Source: Nanobdellota archaeon (lineage in GTDB: Archaea > Nanobdellota > Nanobdellia > SCGC-AAA011-G17 > UBA489). Taken from it: 64,000 nucleotides of DNA. Each line of letters begins with the position of its first letter. Position 1 is the first letter of the stretch. The notes below the pieces were generated by a model, which saw nothing but the letters and a program-made list of their open reading frames with translations, did not search any database and was not told the origin of the DNA. The position numbers and the translations under genes were made by a program. Below, in pieces: positions 54,190 to 64,000 of this stretch. The stretch spans positions 6,271 to 70,270 of the forward strand of contig JAUYMN010000008.1 in the NCBI GenBank assembly GCA_030699455.1, read 5' to 3'.

Positions 54190-54783
54190 TTATTCGATTA
54201 AGAGGATGTTGACCTTATAAGTAAGGTCATGCCCTACCAATGGATGATTTAAATCAAGTAAGACTGTCTGCTCATCGATATCAAGTATCCTTGCAATTCC
54301 AATCCTTCCATCTTCCATTTGTATGTATATTATATCTTCAACAGCAACATCCATATCATCAGGAATGCTACTCCTTGGGTAGCTACCTATCTTGTTTGGA
54401 TCATGGTTCCCATAGGCATTATCCTTAAGAACAACAAAACTTTTTTCATCACCTTTTTTCATGCCAATTATCTCATCTTCAAATCCTTTTATAACACTTC
54501 CAGCACCTACAATAAAATTAATTGGATCCTTATCAAAAGAACTGTCAAAAACAGTGCCATCCTCTAGTATACCAGTATAATGAAGCGTAACATTGCTACC
54601 GGATTCTATTGCACTGCCACCGCCTCCAAATATAATCAGTATAAGAACAACCACAACAACAGCAAGCAATACTTTAAGCCAACTACCAATATATTTGCCT
54701 GCTTCCTCAACAGAACCATTCACAGCATCAACCCTCTTTTTTGAAACTTTCTTTCTGGCCACCATACCAATATGTAAAACCAA
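54190..54783 (-). CDS. FKBP-type peptidyl-prolyl isomerase, membrane-anchored
   Basis: VTLHYTGILEDGTVFDSS, VIKGFEDEIIGMKKGD, and an N-terminal TM. Confidence 0.8.
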   Translation of the reverse strand: MVLHIGMVARKKVSKKRVDAVNGSVEEAGKYIGSWLKVLLAVVVVVLILIIFGGGGSAIESGSNVTLHYTGILEDGTVFDSSFDKDPINFIVGAGSVIKGFEDEIIGMKKGDEKSFVVLKDNAYGNHDPNKIGSYPRSSIPDDMDVAVEDIIYIQMEDGRIGIARILDIDEQTVLLDLNHPLVGHDLTYKVNILLIE

Positions 54784-54820
54784 TGTAACATTTATAAAGA
54801 TATAGCCAGTTTATTACAAC

Positions 54821-56305
54821 ATGAAAAATCTGGGTTTGGTAATAGAATCCCTGCATCCGCTCGAAAGACAAGTTCTCAAACATATAAAAAATAACGCTAC
54901 AGCGAATCAGATAGCAAATTTATCTGGAATGAAAGATGTTGAAGTGATGCGTGCATTACAGTGGCTTGAAGAAAAAAATATTATTGCCATGGAATTAAAA
55001 ACAGCGGAAATAGCAGAAATTGATAAGAATGGCGAATCATACCTGAAAGAAGGATTCCCCGAAAAAAGATTTTTGAATGTACTGGTCAGTAGCCCATTAA
55101 CATTAAATCAAATAAAGGAAAATGCAAATCTAAATGAGGATGAGTTAAAATTTTCACTTGGCTTCCTAAAGAACAAAAAATATATACAAATGGGAAAGGA
55201 AGTCTCAATAACGGCTGAAGGAAAAAAATTTCTAAATTCAAAGTATGGCATATTGGGAAAATTGCCAAAATATATTTCAGAATTAAATAGAGATGACCTG
55301 CTTTTAATAGAAGAACTGAAAAAAAGGAAGAATATCATAAAAATTGACTCAGAAAAGATATACACTGTAAAGTTAAAGGAAATAGCAGAACAATTATTAA
55401 AATCAAATCTTGATGTAAGCCTCATTGATGCATTAACACCCAATATGATAAAATCCGGCTCATGGAAAAATAAAAAGTTTAGGAGATATAACCTAAATGC
55501 ACCGGTAGGGGAGGCATATGGTGCAAAAAGGCACATAGTCCCACAGGCATTAAACTATGCAAGAAGGATATGGTTGGATATGGGATTTAAAGAGATGACT
55601 GGGCCAATGATTGAGTCCTCTTTTTGGAATTTTGATGCATTATTTACTCCGCAAGATCATCCTGGGAGAGAAATGCAGGATACTTTCTTCATTGATGAAA
55701 CCTCCAAACTGCCTGATGGAAAAATAGTTTCAAAGGTAAAAAAATCACATGAAAAAGGTTGGCAATACAAATGGGATGAAAAAACTGCAAAAGAGACTGT
55801 ATTAAGAACACATACTACTGCAATATCAGCCAGAACATTATCAAGATTAAAGCCTTCAGATCTTCCTGCCAAGTTCTTTGCAATAGGAAAATGCTTTAGG
55901 AATGAAGCACTAGACTGGAATCACCATTTTGAATTTAACCAGACAGAAGGCATAGTCATAGACCCAGAAGCAAATTTTAAACACCTTTTGGGATATCTGA
56001 AAATCTTTGCAAATAAGATGGGATTTCAAAAAGTAAGATTCAGACCTGCATATTTCCCATACACAGAGCCATCAATTGAAGGTGATGTTTATGACACAGT
56101 AAGGAAAAAATGGGTAGAGTTTATTGCAGCAGGAATTCTCAGGCCAGAGGTTGTTAAGCCATTGTTAGGTACGGACATACCAGTTCTTGCATGGGGTCCT
56201 GGAATTGACAGGATGATAGCATCAGTTTACAAGCTCACAGATATAAGAGACCTTTATAGAAACGATCTAAAAAAACTAAGAACCTCAGAAATATGGACAA
56301 GATAA
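54821..56305 (+). CDS. pheS: phenylalanyl-tRNA synthetase alpha subunit (archaeal type)
   Basis: N-terminal wHTH repeats, class II core with FRNE and GPGIDRM. Confidence 0.9.
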   Translation: MKNLGLVIESLHPLERQVLKHIKNNATANQIANLSGMKDVEVMRALQWLEEKNIIAMELKTAEIAEIDKNGESYLKEGFPEKRFLNVLVSSPLTLNQIKENANLNEDELKFSLGFLKNKKYIQMGKEVSITAEGKKFLNSKYGILGKLPKYISELNRDDLLLIEELKKRKNIIKIDSEKIYTVKLKEIAEQLLKSNLDVSLIDALTPNMIKSGSWKNKKFRRYNLNAPVGEAYGAKRHIVPQALNYARRIWLDMGFKEMTGPMIESSFWNFDALFTPQDHPGREMQDTFFIDETSKLPDGKIVSKVKKSHEKGWQYKWDEKTAKETVLRTHTTAISARTLSRLKPSDLPAKFFAIGKCFRNEALDWNHHFEFNQTEGIVIDPEANFKHLLGYLKIFANKMGFQKVRFRPAYFPYTEPSIEGDVYDTVRKKWVEFIAAGILRPEVVKPLLGTDIPVLAWGPGIDRMIASVYKLTDIRDLYRNDLKKLRTSEIWTR

Positions 56306-56306
56306 C

Positions 56307-57926
56307 ATGCCAAAAATAACAATAAACAAGAAAGATGTATTAAAATTAGTAGGCAGTAATATTCCTGATGAAAAATTAAAAGACAGAATTTCAATGCTTG
56401 GAACGGATCTAGAATATGTAAGCAAAGATGAAATATGTGTGGAAATATTTCCTAACAGGCCAGATTTATTGACAGCAGAAGGATTCTCAAGGGCATTATC
56501 TTCATTTGCAAAAATAAAGACAGGTCTAAGAAGTTACAAAGTAAACAAATCTGGTTATACTTTCAAGGTAGACGCCAAAACAAAAAAGGTTCGCCCCGCA
56601 GTTGCAGCCGCAGTTGTAAAGGGAATAAAAACAGACGACATAATAATCAAATCAATAATGGATATGCAGGACAAGCTAACATTAACACATGGAAGAAACA
56701 GAAAAAAGGTTGCCATTGGAATACACGACTTATCATCAATAAAATTCCCACTTACATACACTACAAAACAAAAATCATTCAGATTCACCCCGCTGGATAA
56801 ATCCAATGAACATACACTAGATGAAATTCTGGAAACGCATCCAAAAGGAAAAGAATTTGCGCATCTGCTTAAAGATTTCAAGGAGTATCCGGTATGGATA
56901 GATTCAAACAATCAAGTTCTTTCCATGCCACCAATAATAAACTCAGAGGAGACTAAGCTAAAGCCTGGCACAAAAGACCTTTTTATTGATATAACCGGAA
57001 CAAGTCAGTTAGCAGTAGAGCAAGCGCTGAATATAATAGTGACAAGTTTAGCAGACAGAAATGGAAAAATATACAGCGTAAATAGTTTTCCAAATCTAAA
57101 CCCAAAAAAGATAAAAATAGACATAAAAAAAGTTAACAAAATTCTGGGATTAAACCTTTCAAGTCAACAGATAAAGAAATTATTGGAAATGATGGGCATG
57201 ACAATGATTGGTAGCAATGTCATTTATCCTGCATATAGGACAGATATCTTAGACCATGCTGACATAATAGAAGATATTGCGATAGCATATGGCTATGAAA
57301 ATTTCACGCATGAAATACCAAACATATCAACTATTGCAGAAGAAGATTCTATGCATATTTTCAAAGAAAAAATAGCAGATATTTGCATTGGTCTAGGACT
57401 GCAGGAAACATTAAGTTTGCACCTATCAAATAAGGAGGATGAAATTGTAAAAACAAATGCATCCATGGATATCATCAAAATAAAAAATGCATTAAGCAGG
57501 GAATATAATACAATGCGTTCATGGATTGTGCCATCATTGCTGAAAGTGTTAAAAACAAACAAGCACAATGAATATCCCCAAAATATATTTGAAATAGGAA
57601 AAGTGTTCATAAAAAAAGGAAACAACATAGCAGAGCCAGTAAGATTGGGCATTGCATTATGTCATAACAAGGCAGATTACACCGAAGCGAGAAAGATATT
57701 AGACTCTATTATATCCAGCATTGGATTAACTTCAATGTATAAAGAAGCTGAACACAAGACATTCATCAAAGGTCGTGTAGCAAGAGTTTCTGTTGAAAAT
57801 AAGGAAGTAGCATACATTGGAGAAATTCACCCAGAAGTATTAAACAATTTTGAAATAGATAATCCTGTTTCCATAATTGAATTAAACCTAACAGACCTTT
57901 TTGTAATTAAATCAAAAGCTAAATAA
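56307..57926 (+). CDS. pheT: phenylalanyl-tRNA synthetase beta subunit (archaeal type)
   Basis: Immediately downstream of pheS. FPNRPDLL and the length are typical of the archaeal beta subunit. Confidence 0.9.
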   Translation: MPKITINKKDVLKLVGSNIPDEKLKDRISMLGTDLEYVSKDEICVEIFPNRPDLLTAEGFSRALSSFAKIKTGLRSYKVNKSGYTFKVDAKTKKVRPAVAAAVVKGIKTDDIIIKSIMDMQDKLTLTHGRNRKKVAIGIHDLSSIKFPLTYTTKQKSFRFTPLDKSNEHTLDEILETHPKGKEFAHLLKDFKEYPVWIDSNNQVLSMPPIINSEETKLKPGTKDLFIDITGTSQLAVEQALNIIVTSLADRNGKIYSVNSFPNLNPKKIKIDIKKVNKILGLNLSSQQIKKLLEMMGMTMIGSNVIYPAYRTDILDHADIIEDIAIAYGYENFTHEIPNISTIAEEDSMHIFKEKIADICIGLGLQETLSLHLSNKEDEIVKTNASMDIIKIKNALSREYNTMRSWIVPSLLKVLKTNKHNEYPQNIFEIGKVFIKKGNNIAEPVRLGIALCHNKADYTEARKILDSIISSIGLTSMYKEAEHKTFIKGRVARVSVENKEVAYIGEIHPEVLNNFEIDNPVSIIELNLTDLFVIKSKAK

Positions 57927-57946
57927 ACCCCACAAAGCTTATTCTA

Positions 57947-59278
57947 ATGATGAAACCAGAACTATTAGCACCAGTTGGCGGATGGGATACTCTCAGAACT
58001 GCAATAAAAGCAGGGGCAGATGCAGTCTATTTTGGCATACAAGGGGTTAATATGAGAGCTTCATCAGCCAAAAATTTTAAGACATCTGACCTAAAAAAAA
58101 TCATGAAAGAACTGCATTCCAACAAAGTTAAGGGATTTCTGGCATTAAACACTTTAGTATTTGACCACGAAGTTGGCAATATCAATAAGATAATAAATGA
58201 GGCAAAAAAAGCAAAGGTTGATGCAATAATAGCAGCCGATATGTCAATAGTCCAGTTATGCAATGAAAAAAACATAGAAGTCCATATTAGCACACAGGAA
58301 TCAGTTTCAAATTATGAAGCAGTAAAATTCTTTTCAAAGTTTTCACCAAGAATAGTTTTAGCAAGAGAATGCACTCTGGAGCAAATCAAAAACATAAAGA
58401 AAAAAATAAAGAAAGATAAGCTAAATTATAATGGAAGGGAAATAGAATTAGAGGCATTTGTCCATGGCTCATTATGTGTTGCATATTCTGGAAGGTGTTT
58501 TATGTCACAGCACCACAACAGGTTATCGGCAAACAGAGGGATGTGTTTGCAGGAATGCAGAAAAAAATACAAGATAATTGATATCGAAGATCCGAAAAGG
58601 GAATTTTTAGTCGATGAAAATTATATAATGTCCCCAAAAGATTTATGCACTTTGCCAATTTTAGACCAGTTAGTAAAGGCAGGCATATCGGTATTCAAGA
58701 TAGAGGGCAGGGCAAAAGGTCCGGAATATGTTTATACAGTAACAAAAGCCTACAGGGAAGCTATAGACCTAATAGAAAAAAACAAGTTTACTCAAAAAGA
58801 AGCATTAAGGCTGGTAAAAGAACTGGAAAAAGTATTCAATAGGGGGTTCAGTACAAACTTCTATCTTGGTGTCCCTACAAATGACTCTTGGGCAAAATTT
58901 TATGGTTCAAATGCAAAAGAAAGTAAAATCAGGCTGGGAAAAGTCACCAATTATTTTGTTAAAAATAAGGTTGTATCGGTAAGAATAGAACAAGACACAT
59001 TAAAGATTGGAGACAAAGTTTTTTTCACGGGACCGACAACAGGATACTATGAATTAACAATAAAGGAAATGCTACTCGATAACAAAAAAATAATATCTGC
59101 AAAAAAAGGCGATGAAGTAACTTTTAAGGTAAAGGAGCGTCTAAGAACACCCGACGTGTTATATAAAGTAACTAAAAGAGATATAAACAAAGAGGAAGAA
59201 AAGATAAAAAAACAATATGAAAAAGTTGGCATACACAAACCATTCAAATTCTTGGGCAAAGATAGAGGCATGAAATAG
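57947..59278 (+). CDS. peptidase U32 family protein
   Basis: KPELLAPVGG...AGADAVYFG N-terminus and EGRAKG. Confidence 0.85.
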   Translation: MMKPELLAPVGGWDTLRTAIKAGADAVYFGIQGVNMRASSAKNFKTSDLKKIMKELHSNKVKGFLALNTLVFDHEVGNINKIINEAKKAKVDAIIAADMSIVQLCNEKNIEVHISTQESVSNYEAVKFFSKFSPRIVLARECTLEQIKNIKKKIKKDKLNYNGREIELEAFVHGSLCVAYSGRCFMSQHHNRLSANRGMCLQECRKKYKIIDIEDPKREFLVDENYIMSPKDLCTLPILDQLVKAGISVFKIEGRAKGPEYVYTVTKAYREAIDLIEKNKFTQKEALRLVKELEKVFNRGFSTNFYLGVPTNDSWAKFYGSNAKESKIRLGKVTNYFVKNKVVSVRIEQDTLKIGDKVFFTGPTTGYYELTIKEMLLDNKKIISAKKGDEVTFKVKERLRTPDVLYKVTKRDINKEEEKIKKQYEKVGIHKPFKFLGKDRGMK

Positions 59279-59611
59279 TTGGCTACAGCAGTATAATCAG
59301 ATAATATTGCCAAATAAAATCATTTTTATTACAACAACGAGCATTATTTTTTTATCCAAATGGTCAGAGAAAGGAACCAAAAGTAAGCCTATTTGTTTGA
59401 CCATACATAAGCACTCAAAGCACAATCATCTTGTTTGTTATCCCAACACTTTCTTCAGAGACTGCTCAGCAAGTGCAAGCCACACTTGTTTTTCTTTTAT
59501 AGCCTCTTCCATCTTTTCTCGTATTAAATAACAAGGAAATTAGTTTACAGAATCAGAAATAGTTAGATTTATTAATATCATAAACAAAGTAAAAAGCCAA
59601 CTTGGGGGGTT

Positions 59612-60190
59612 ATGATTATGAAATATAAAACAGTTATTATTATGAGTTTGTTATTTGCTGTCCTGCTTGTAGGAATTAAAGGTGTGACAGCTGAAGAGGA
59701 TATAGAAGTTATTATTGGATGGGATCCGCACATGGACAGACCAGTTGTCAAGTCGCATCCAGACATTCCAACATTGGAACCCACTATAACACTGGATTAT
59801 GTGAAGTCAAAAATTAAGTACCATTTTCTCTTTGATAATGGAGAGCAGACTTTAGAAGTTAATCTAAAGGAATCAGAAAATAGGATAAGAAAAGATGGAA
59901 GAGAAAGCAGAAAGATGGTATACACTGTCATGAACACAAAACGAGATGGAAAAAAAGAGCCAAATTCTGCAGTGAAGAAAGAGCTCCACATAAGAATTTC
60001 GGACAGAAAGGCTGTGCAAAAATTAGTAAATCAGGAAACTGGAAAGACAGAAATAAAGTATAAATACAACAGAGAGACTGGAAAAACAAAAGTCTGGAAA
60101 AATGGAAAAGTAATAAAAGTTTACAATGGTTATGCAGCACTTCTTCTGGAATCAAACGAAGGCAACATTAAATGGTATGGTTTAGAGTAA
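59612..60190 (+). CDS. secreted hypothetical protein
   Basis: Signal peptide; K/E-rich; SD-like gggggt upstream. Confidence 0.45.
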   Translation: MIMKYKTVIIMSLLFAVLLVGIKGVTAEEDIEVIIGWDPHMDRPVVKSHPDIPTLEPTITLDYVKSKIKYHFLFDNGEQTLEVNLKESENRIRKDGRESRKMVYTVMNTKRDGKKEPNSAVKKELHIRISDRKAVQKLVNQETGKTEIKYKYNRETGKTKVWKNGKVIKVYNGYAALLLESNEGNIKWYGLE

Positions 60191-60205
60191 TTCTAGACCA
60201 TCTAA

Positions 60206-60412
60206 TTATTTTTTCTTGATAATTATATCCCACTTGGTGTCTTTCTTGATGACATCCTTCACCCTAAATTGCTCGGGCTTATCAAACATCGCCATCAGTA
60301 GATTATCTCTGTCAATAACAGTGTAAACCCTAATGCCAACAATTATTTCAACACCAGGAACTATAGCTGTCCCATACATATTCATAAAATCAAAAATGCC
60401 CCTGTATGCCAT
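60206..60412 (-). CDS. hypothetical small protein
   Basis: 68-aa ORF with no motif recognised. Confidence 0.3.
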   Translation of the reverse strand: MAYRGIFDFMNMYGTAIVPGVEIIVGIRVYTVIDRDNLLMAMFDKPEQFRVKDVIKKDTKWDIIIKKK

Positions 60413-60485
60413 GACATCAAAAACCGTGCAGTCTATTTATAGCTTTCCCCAAAAGATAATTAAAGGATAAACTTATAAAAAAATT

Positions 60486-61139
60486 ATGTTTTCAGAGTTT
60501 TTTAATGGGTTTGTTGTATTTTTGACAAATACCATTGGAGCATGGGGCTATCTTGGAATACTTATCCTCATGATTGTAGAAAGTTCTTTTATCCCTTTCC
60601 CAAGCGAAGTTGTTCTCATACCCGCAGGAATCCTAATTGCTAACGGGGAAATGTCTTGGTTACCAGTTATAACCATGGCAATCATGGGTAGCATCATTGG
60701 GGCATTGATAAACTATTATATTGCATTATCATTAGGCAGAAGGCTTACAAACAGATTAGTTTCCAGATACGGTAAAATCTTTATGGTAAACAAAGATACT
60801 ATTCTAAAATCAGAAAAATATTTTGACAGTCATGGAGAGATAACAATATTAGCTGGCAGGTTGATTCCGGGAATAAGGCAGATAATATCCTTGCCGGCAG
60901 GATTCTCAAGAATGAATATTTTCAAATTTATTTTGTTCACCACAATTGGGGCATTAATCTGGTCTGGATTTCTTACATATGCGGGCTATTTAATTGGAGC
61001 AAATCTTTCCAGCCAGGAACCAAATTTGAAAATGTTATCCTTGATTGGAATAATAATCGCCATAGCACTAATAGGTAGTTATGTAATGTTTAGAAAGAAG
61101 ATTCAAAACACAGGTTTTAATAAGTTAGACCGTATGTAA
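60486..61139 (+). CDS. dedA: DedA-family membrane protein
   Basis: FIPFPSEVVLIPAG and GRLIPGIRQIISLPAG. Confidence 0.85.
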   Translation: MFSEFFNGFVVFLTNTIGAWGYLGILILMIVESSFIPFPSEVVLIPAGILIANGEMSWLPVITMAIMGSIIGALINYYIALSLGRRLTNRLVSRYGKIFMVNKDTILKSEKYFDSHGEITILAGRLIPGIRQIISLPAGFSRMNIFKFILFTTIGALIWSGFLTYAGYLIGANLSSQEPNLKMLSLIGIIIAIALIGSYVMFRKKIQNTGFNKLDRM

Positions 61140-61144
61140 GATAT

Positions 61145-61543
61145 ATGTCAGATTCAACAAAATCGTCCCTAAAGTTCAGAATTAATAATATATACCGAAG
61201 TCACATGGTATTAAATTATTATTCTTCAAGACTGTTAAGAAATTCATTGCCAACAGAAGAGAATCTAAAAAAATTAAATGATACAAAGATTTCAATTATT
61301 AATAAAACAGAATCTTCTGTAACAATACTATCATCAATAACTGGAAGGAGATTTGAGGTTATAGATTACATAGACCCATTAAAAGTATGCGCAGATATAT
61401 TAACCTCTGAGCATTTTTTTGATTCACAGGAAATAATTAGTGATATCTTGAAGATATATGAAAACAATTTAAACAGATTTATTAGGGAATATCAGATAAG
61501 CCCCATAGACCAGGCAAAATTATCCAGAATAGATTTTATTTGA
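61145..61543 (+). CDS. hypothetical protein
   Basis: 132-aa ORF with no motif recognised. Confidence 0.4.
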   Translation: MSDSTKSSLKFRINNIYRSHMVLNYYSSRLLRNSLPTEENLKKLNDTKISIINKTESSVTILSSITGRRFEVIDYIDPLKVCADILTSEHFFDSQEIISDILKIYENNLNRFIREYQISPIDQAKLSRIDFI

Positions 61544-61999
61544 TTAATAGTAAAACGAATTAGACCCATAAAAGTCCTGTGCATTTGAAGCAAACCCATA
61601 GGCAAAAGGATTTCCTCTGCTTGCAAAATTATAAGTGTTCATCTGTGATTGTGAGGCATAATTAATAAAATTATTATTGCCCAATTGTGTTCTGGCTAAA
61701 TCATAACCCTGATAATTCTGATAAGCATCTTTATAGCTGTCTCTAGGGCAATAGCTGTAGCTCCCATAGTAACCATCACATCTTCCATAGCCACCATAAT
61801 ATGGGTAACCACCACCATAAAAATTAACACCCATACCGAATCCGCCATATCCATAGTTGTTGTAACCATAGTTATTATAGCCATAGCCTGGCCAGGTTTC
61901 ATCCATATTGAAAAAAGATGCATCTGCATCACTAATATTCATGATACCAACAAGCAATAAAAATCCGAACAACACTAATAGTTTTTTCATTTTTACCAA
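61544..61999 (-). CDS. secreted Gly/Tyr/Asn-rich low-complexity protein
   Basis: Signal peptide followed by YGYNNYGYNNYGYGGFGMGVNFYGGGYPYYGGYG. Confidence 0.5.
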   Translation of the reverse strand: MVKMKKLLVLFGFLLLVGIMNISDADASFFNMDETWPGYGYNNYGYNNYGYGGFGMGVNFYGGGYPYYGGYGRCDGYYGSYSYCPRDSYKDAYQNYQGYDLARTQLGNNNFINYASQSQMNTYNFASRGNPFAYGFASNAQDFYGSNSFYY

Positions 62000-62289
62000 T
62001 CAACTCTCCTCTTGATTTCAAGCTCACCTATTTTTCTGCTGTATTCATCTGGAGCATTATTTTTTAAATATGTGTCCAATGAAACGTATCTGGAAGCATT
62101 ATTGGAATCCTCAACAAGCAACACATCACTGCCAGAACTTCTATAAATCCTCATTACAGTAGGTTTGCCACTCTCCCTAAATATCTTAACACTCTCAGCA
62201 TTAATATCTTGTGTAGCTCCAATCGCAAGACCTGCAATTAAAAAAGCACCAGCAGTGCCACAACACAAAACCCTATCAGTAACATCCAT
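61993..62289 (-). CDS. small membrane-associated hypothetical protein
   Basis: 98 aa. Has a 7-nt overlap with the downstream G/Y-rich gene, suggesting an operon. Confidence 0.4.
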   Translation of the reverse strand: MDVTDRVLCCGTAGAFLIAGLAIGATQDINAESVKIFRESGKPTVMRIYRSSGSDVLLVEDSNNASRYVSLDTYLKNNAPDEYSRKIGELEIKRRVDW

Positions 62290-62465
62290 TTTCTTATGCC
62301 TCCAAAAGCACTATTAAAAACACCTATTTCCATATATAAATCTTTCTGTTTGTAATCACTATAACATAGCAAATAAAGCTTGATAGTTGCATATAGCCTA
62401 TGGATTCATTTTTTCAACACAAAAACCTCAAAAACTATATAAACTCTGTAAAATCAGAACAACTA

Positions 62466-64000
62466 ATGGAAAAAGAGCAATTTAAAGACTACTCCTTAAA
62501 ACACAGCACTTCCCACTTGCTGGCATCAGCAATTAAAAGTTTATATCCCATGGCAAGGCTGGCAATAGGCCCGCCAACACATGATGGATTCTATTACGAT
62601 TTTGATAATCTAGAAATAACAGATGATGACCTGAAAAAGATAGAAAAAAAGATGAGGCAGATTTCAGAATCAAACCACGAGTTCAAATATAGTGAAGCAT
62701 CCAAAGAAGAAGCAAAAAAATTGCTTAAAGATGAACCATACAAACTAGAAATTTTAAAAAATTTAAAAGGGAAAATTACATTCTATACTCATGAAAAATT
62801 CACAGACCTATGTGAAGGACCACATATAAATTCTACAAAAGAAATCAGGCACTTTAAGCTTACTAAATTGGCAGGTGCATACTGGAGGGGTGACTCAAAA
62901 AACAAGATGCTCACCAGAATTTATGGGGTAGTATTTAATACAGAAAAAGAACTAAAGGAATACCTGAACAGAATTGAAGAAGCAAAAAAAAGAGACCATA
63001 AAAAATTAGGAAAGGAATTAAAATTATTTACCTTCTCGGATTTGGTTGGTTCTGGTTTGCCATTATGGACACCAAAAGGGACTATACTAAGAAACCTGCT
63101 GGATGATTTTGTCTGGGAGCTAAGAAAGAAAAATAATTATAAAAAAGTATTCATCCCACACATAACAAAAAAAGAGTTATATCAAACAAGTGGGCACTGG
63201 GATAAATTTAAGGATGAATTATTTAAGATAAAAACGCGTGAAGGACATGAGTTTGCTATGAAGCCGATGAATTGCCCGCATCACACACAGATATTTGCTT
63301 CTGAACAAAGATCCTACAGGGATTTGCCACAGAGATACTGTGAAACAACTCTTGTATACAGAGATGAACAAAGTGGAGAGCTACAGGGGATATCAAGAGT
63401 GCGTAGCATAACACAGGATGATGCGCATGTATTCTGCCAAGAAGGGAAAGTAGAACAAGAAATAGAAATCATTTGGGGCATTATAAATAAATTTTATTCA
63501 AGCTTCGGATTCAAGCTGGATGTACGTTTATCAACACATGATCCAGATAATTTTAAAGCATATTTAGGGACTCCTGAAAGTTGGAAAAAATCAGAAACAC
63601 AGTTGCTCAGCGTAATAAAAAAACACAAAGTAAATTACACAGTTGGAGAAGGAGAGGCAACATTCTACGGTCCAAAGATTGATTTTATGGCCTATGACTC
63701 TCTTGGCAGGGAATGGCAGGTTGCAACAATACAATTAGACTCAAATATGCCGGAAAGATTCAAGTTAAACTTCACAAATGAAAAAGGAAACATAGAGCAG
63801 GTTGTTATGATACATGCTGCAATCATGGGGTCTATTGAAAGATTCCTTAGCATCCTCATAGAGCACTATGCAGGAAAATTCCCATTATGGTTGAATCCAG
63901 TTCAGATAAAAATATTGCCGATTACAGATAAAAACAATAAATATGCAGAAAAAATAGCAAAAGAGCTGGAAAAAAACAATATTAGATATGAGCTGGACAC
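62466..64000 (+). CDS. thrS: threonyl-tRNA synthetase, bacterial-like, partial (runs off right edge)
   Basis: HSTSHLLA (HxxxH of the N2 editing domain) at residue about 13, RDHRKLG and FAMKPMNCPHH. No TGS domain upstream. The frame stays open to 64000. Confidence 0.9.
   Translation, partial: MEKEQFKDYSLKHSTSHLLASAIKSLYPMARLAIGPPTHDGFYYDFDNLEITDDDLKKIEKKMRQISESNHEFKYSEASKEEAKKLLKDEPYKLEILKNLKGKITFYTHEKFTDLCEGPHINSTKEIRHFKLTKLAGAYWRGDSKNKMLTRIYGVVFNTEKELKEYLNRIEEAKKRDHKKLGKELKLFTFSDLVGSGLPLWTPKGTILRNLLDDFVWELRKKNNYKKVFIPHITKKELYQTSGHWDKFKDELFKIKTREGHEFAMKPMNCPHHTQIFASEQRSYRDLPQRYCETTLVYRDEQSGELQGISRVRSITQDDAHVFCQEGKVEQEIEIIWGIINKFYSSFGFKLDVRLSTHDPDNFKAYLGTPESWKKSETQLLSVIKKHKVNYTVGEGEATFYGPKIDFMAYDSLGREWQVATIQLDSNMPERFKLNFTNEKGNIEQVVMIHAAIMGSIERFLSILIEHYAGKFPLWLNPVQIKILPITDKNNKYAEKIAKELEKNNIRYELD

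Overview
Visibly AT-rich archaeal chromosome segment. Evidence for Archaea: NAC, Sec61-beta, archaeal-type PheRS/TyrRS/TrpRS, an RNase P RNA, and TATA-box promoters about 26 nt upstream of start codons. A DPANN-like small-genome lineage is inference only.

Backbone genes: lhr helicase (split by a LAGLIDADG intein in motif VI), an lgt-centred lipoprotein cluster, pepF, xth, an XPD-like helicase, tyrS-thyA-tmk-trpS, tRNA-Ala(UGC), a SAMP-like/NcsA pair, ribL, an ABC exporter, pheS-pheT, a U32 peptidase, dedA and partial thrS. An unlinked 23S rRNA carries a group I intron with a LAGLIDADG ORF at E. coli position about 1931.

The most unusual region is an accessory island of about 11.5 kb (about 20.6-32.2 kb).
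- It lies between the RNase P RNA gene and a ZIP transporter gene, and ends at a heavily decayed tyrosine recombinase pseudogene.
- It holds self-contained payloads: two TrmB-like regulators, three lipobox proteins, hicBA, vapBC, a methyltransferase plus prenyl synthase, and a CAP/AN1/membrane-protein trio.
- The payloads are separated by a recurring GC-richer junction core of about 40 nt (AATTG.A.YATAAT..CT-GTTAYNN-TCTCCGAACGAAGTGAG).
- Most payloads I could delimit are TATA-to-stop transcription units, or divergent pairs, bracketed by their own private inverted repeat (10-64 bp). One 2.9 kb unit has 14-bp TIRs and an 8-bp target duplication.
- A smaller copy of the same architecture sits at 5.2-6.3 kb.

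The logic resembles an integron or attC cassette array. By hand, however, the sites do not fit the canonical RYYYAAC...GTTRRRY geometry, so this may be a distinct cassette system. All calls come from manual reading; no database search was run.
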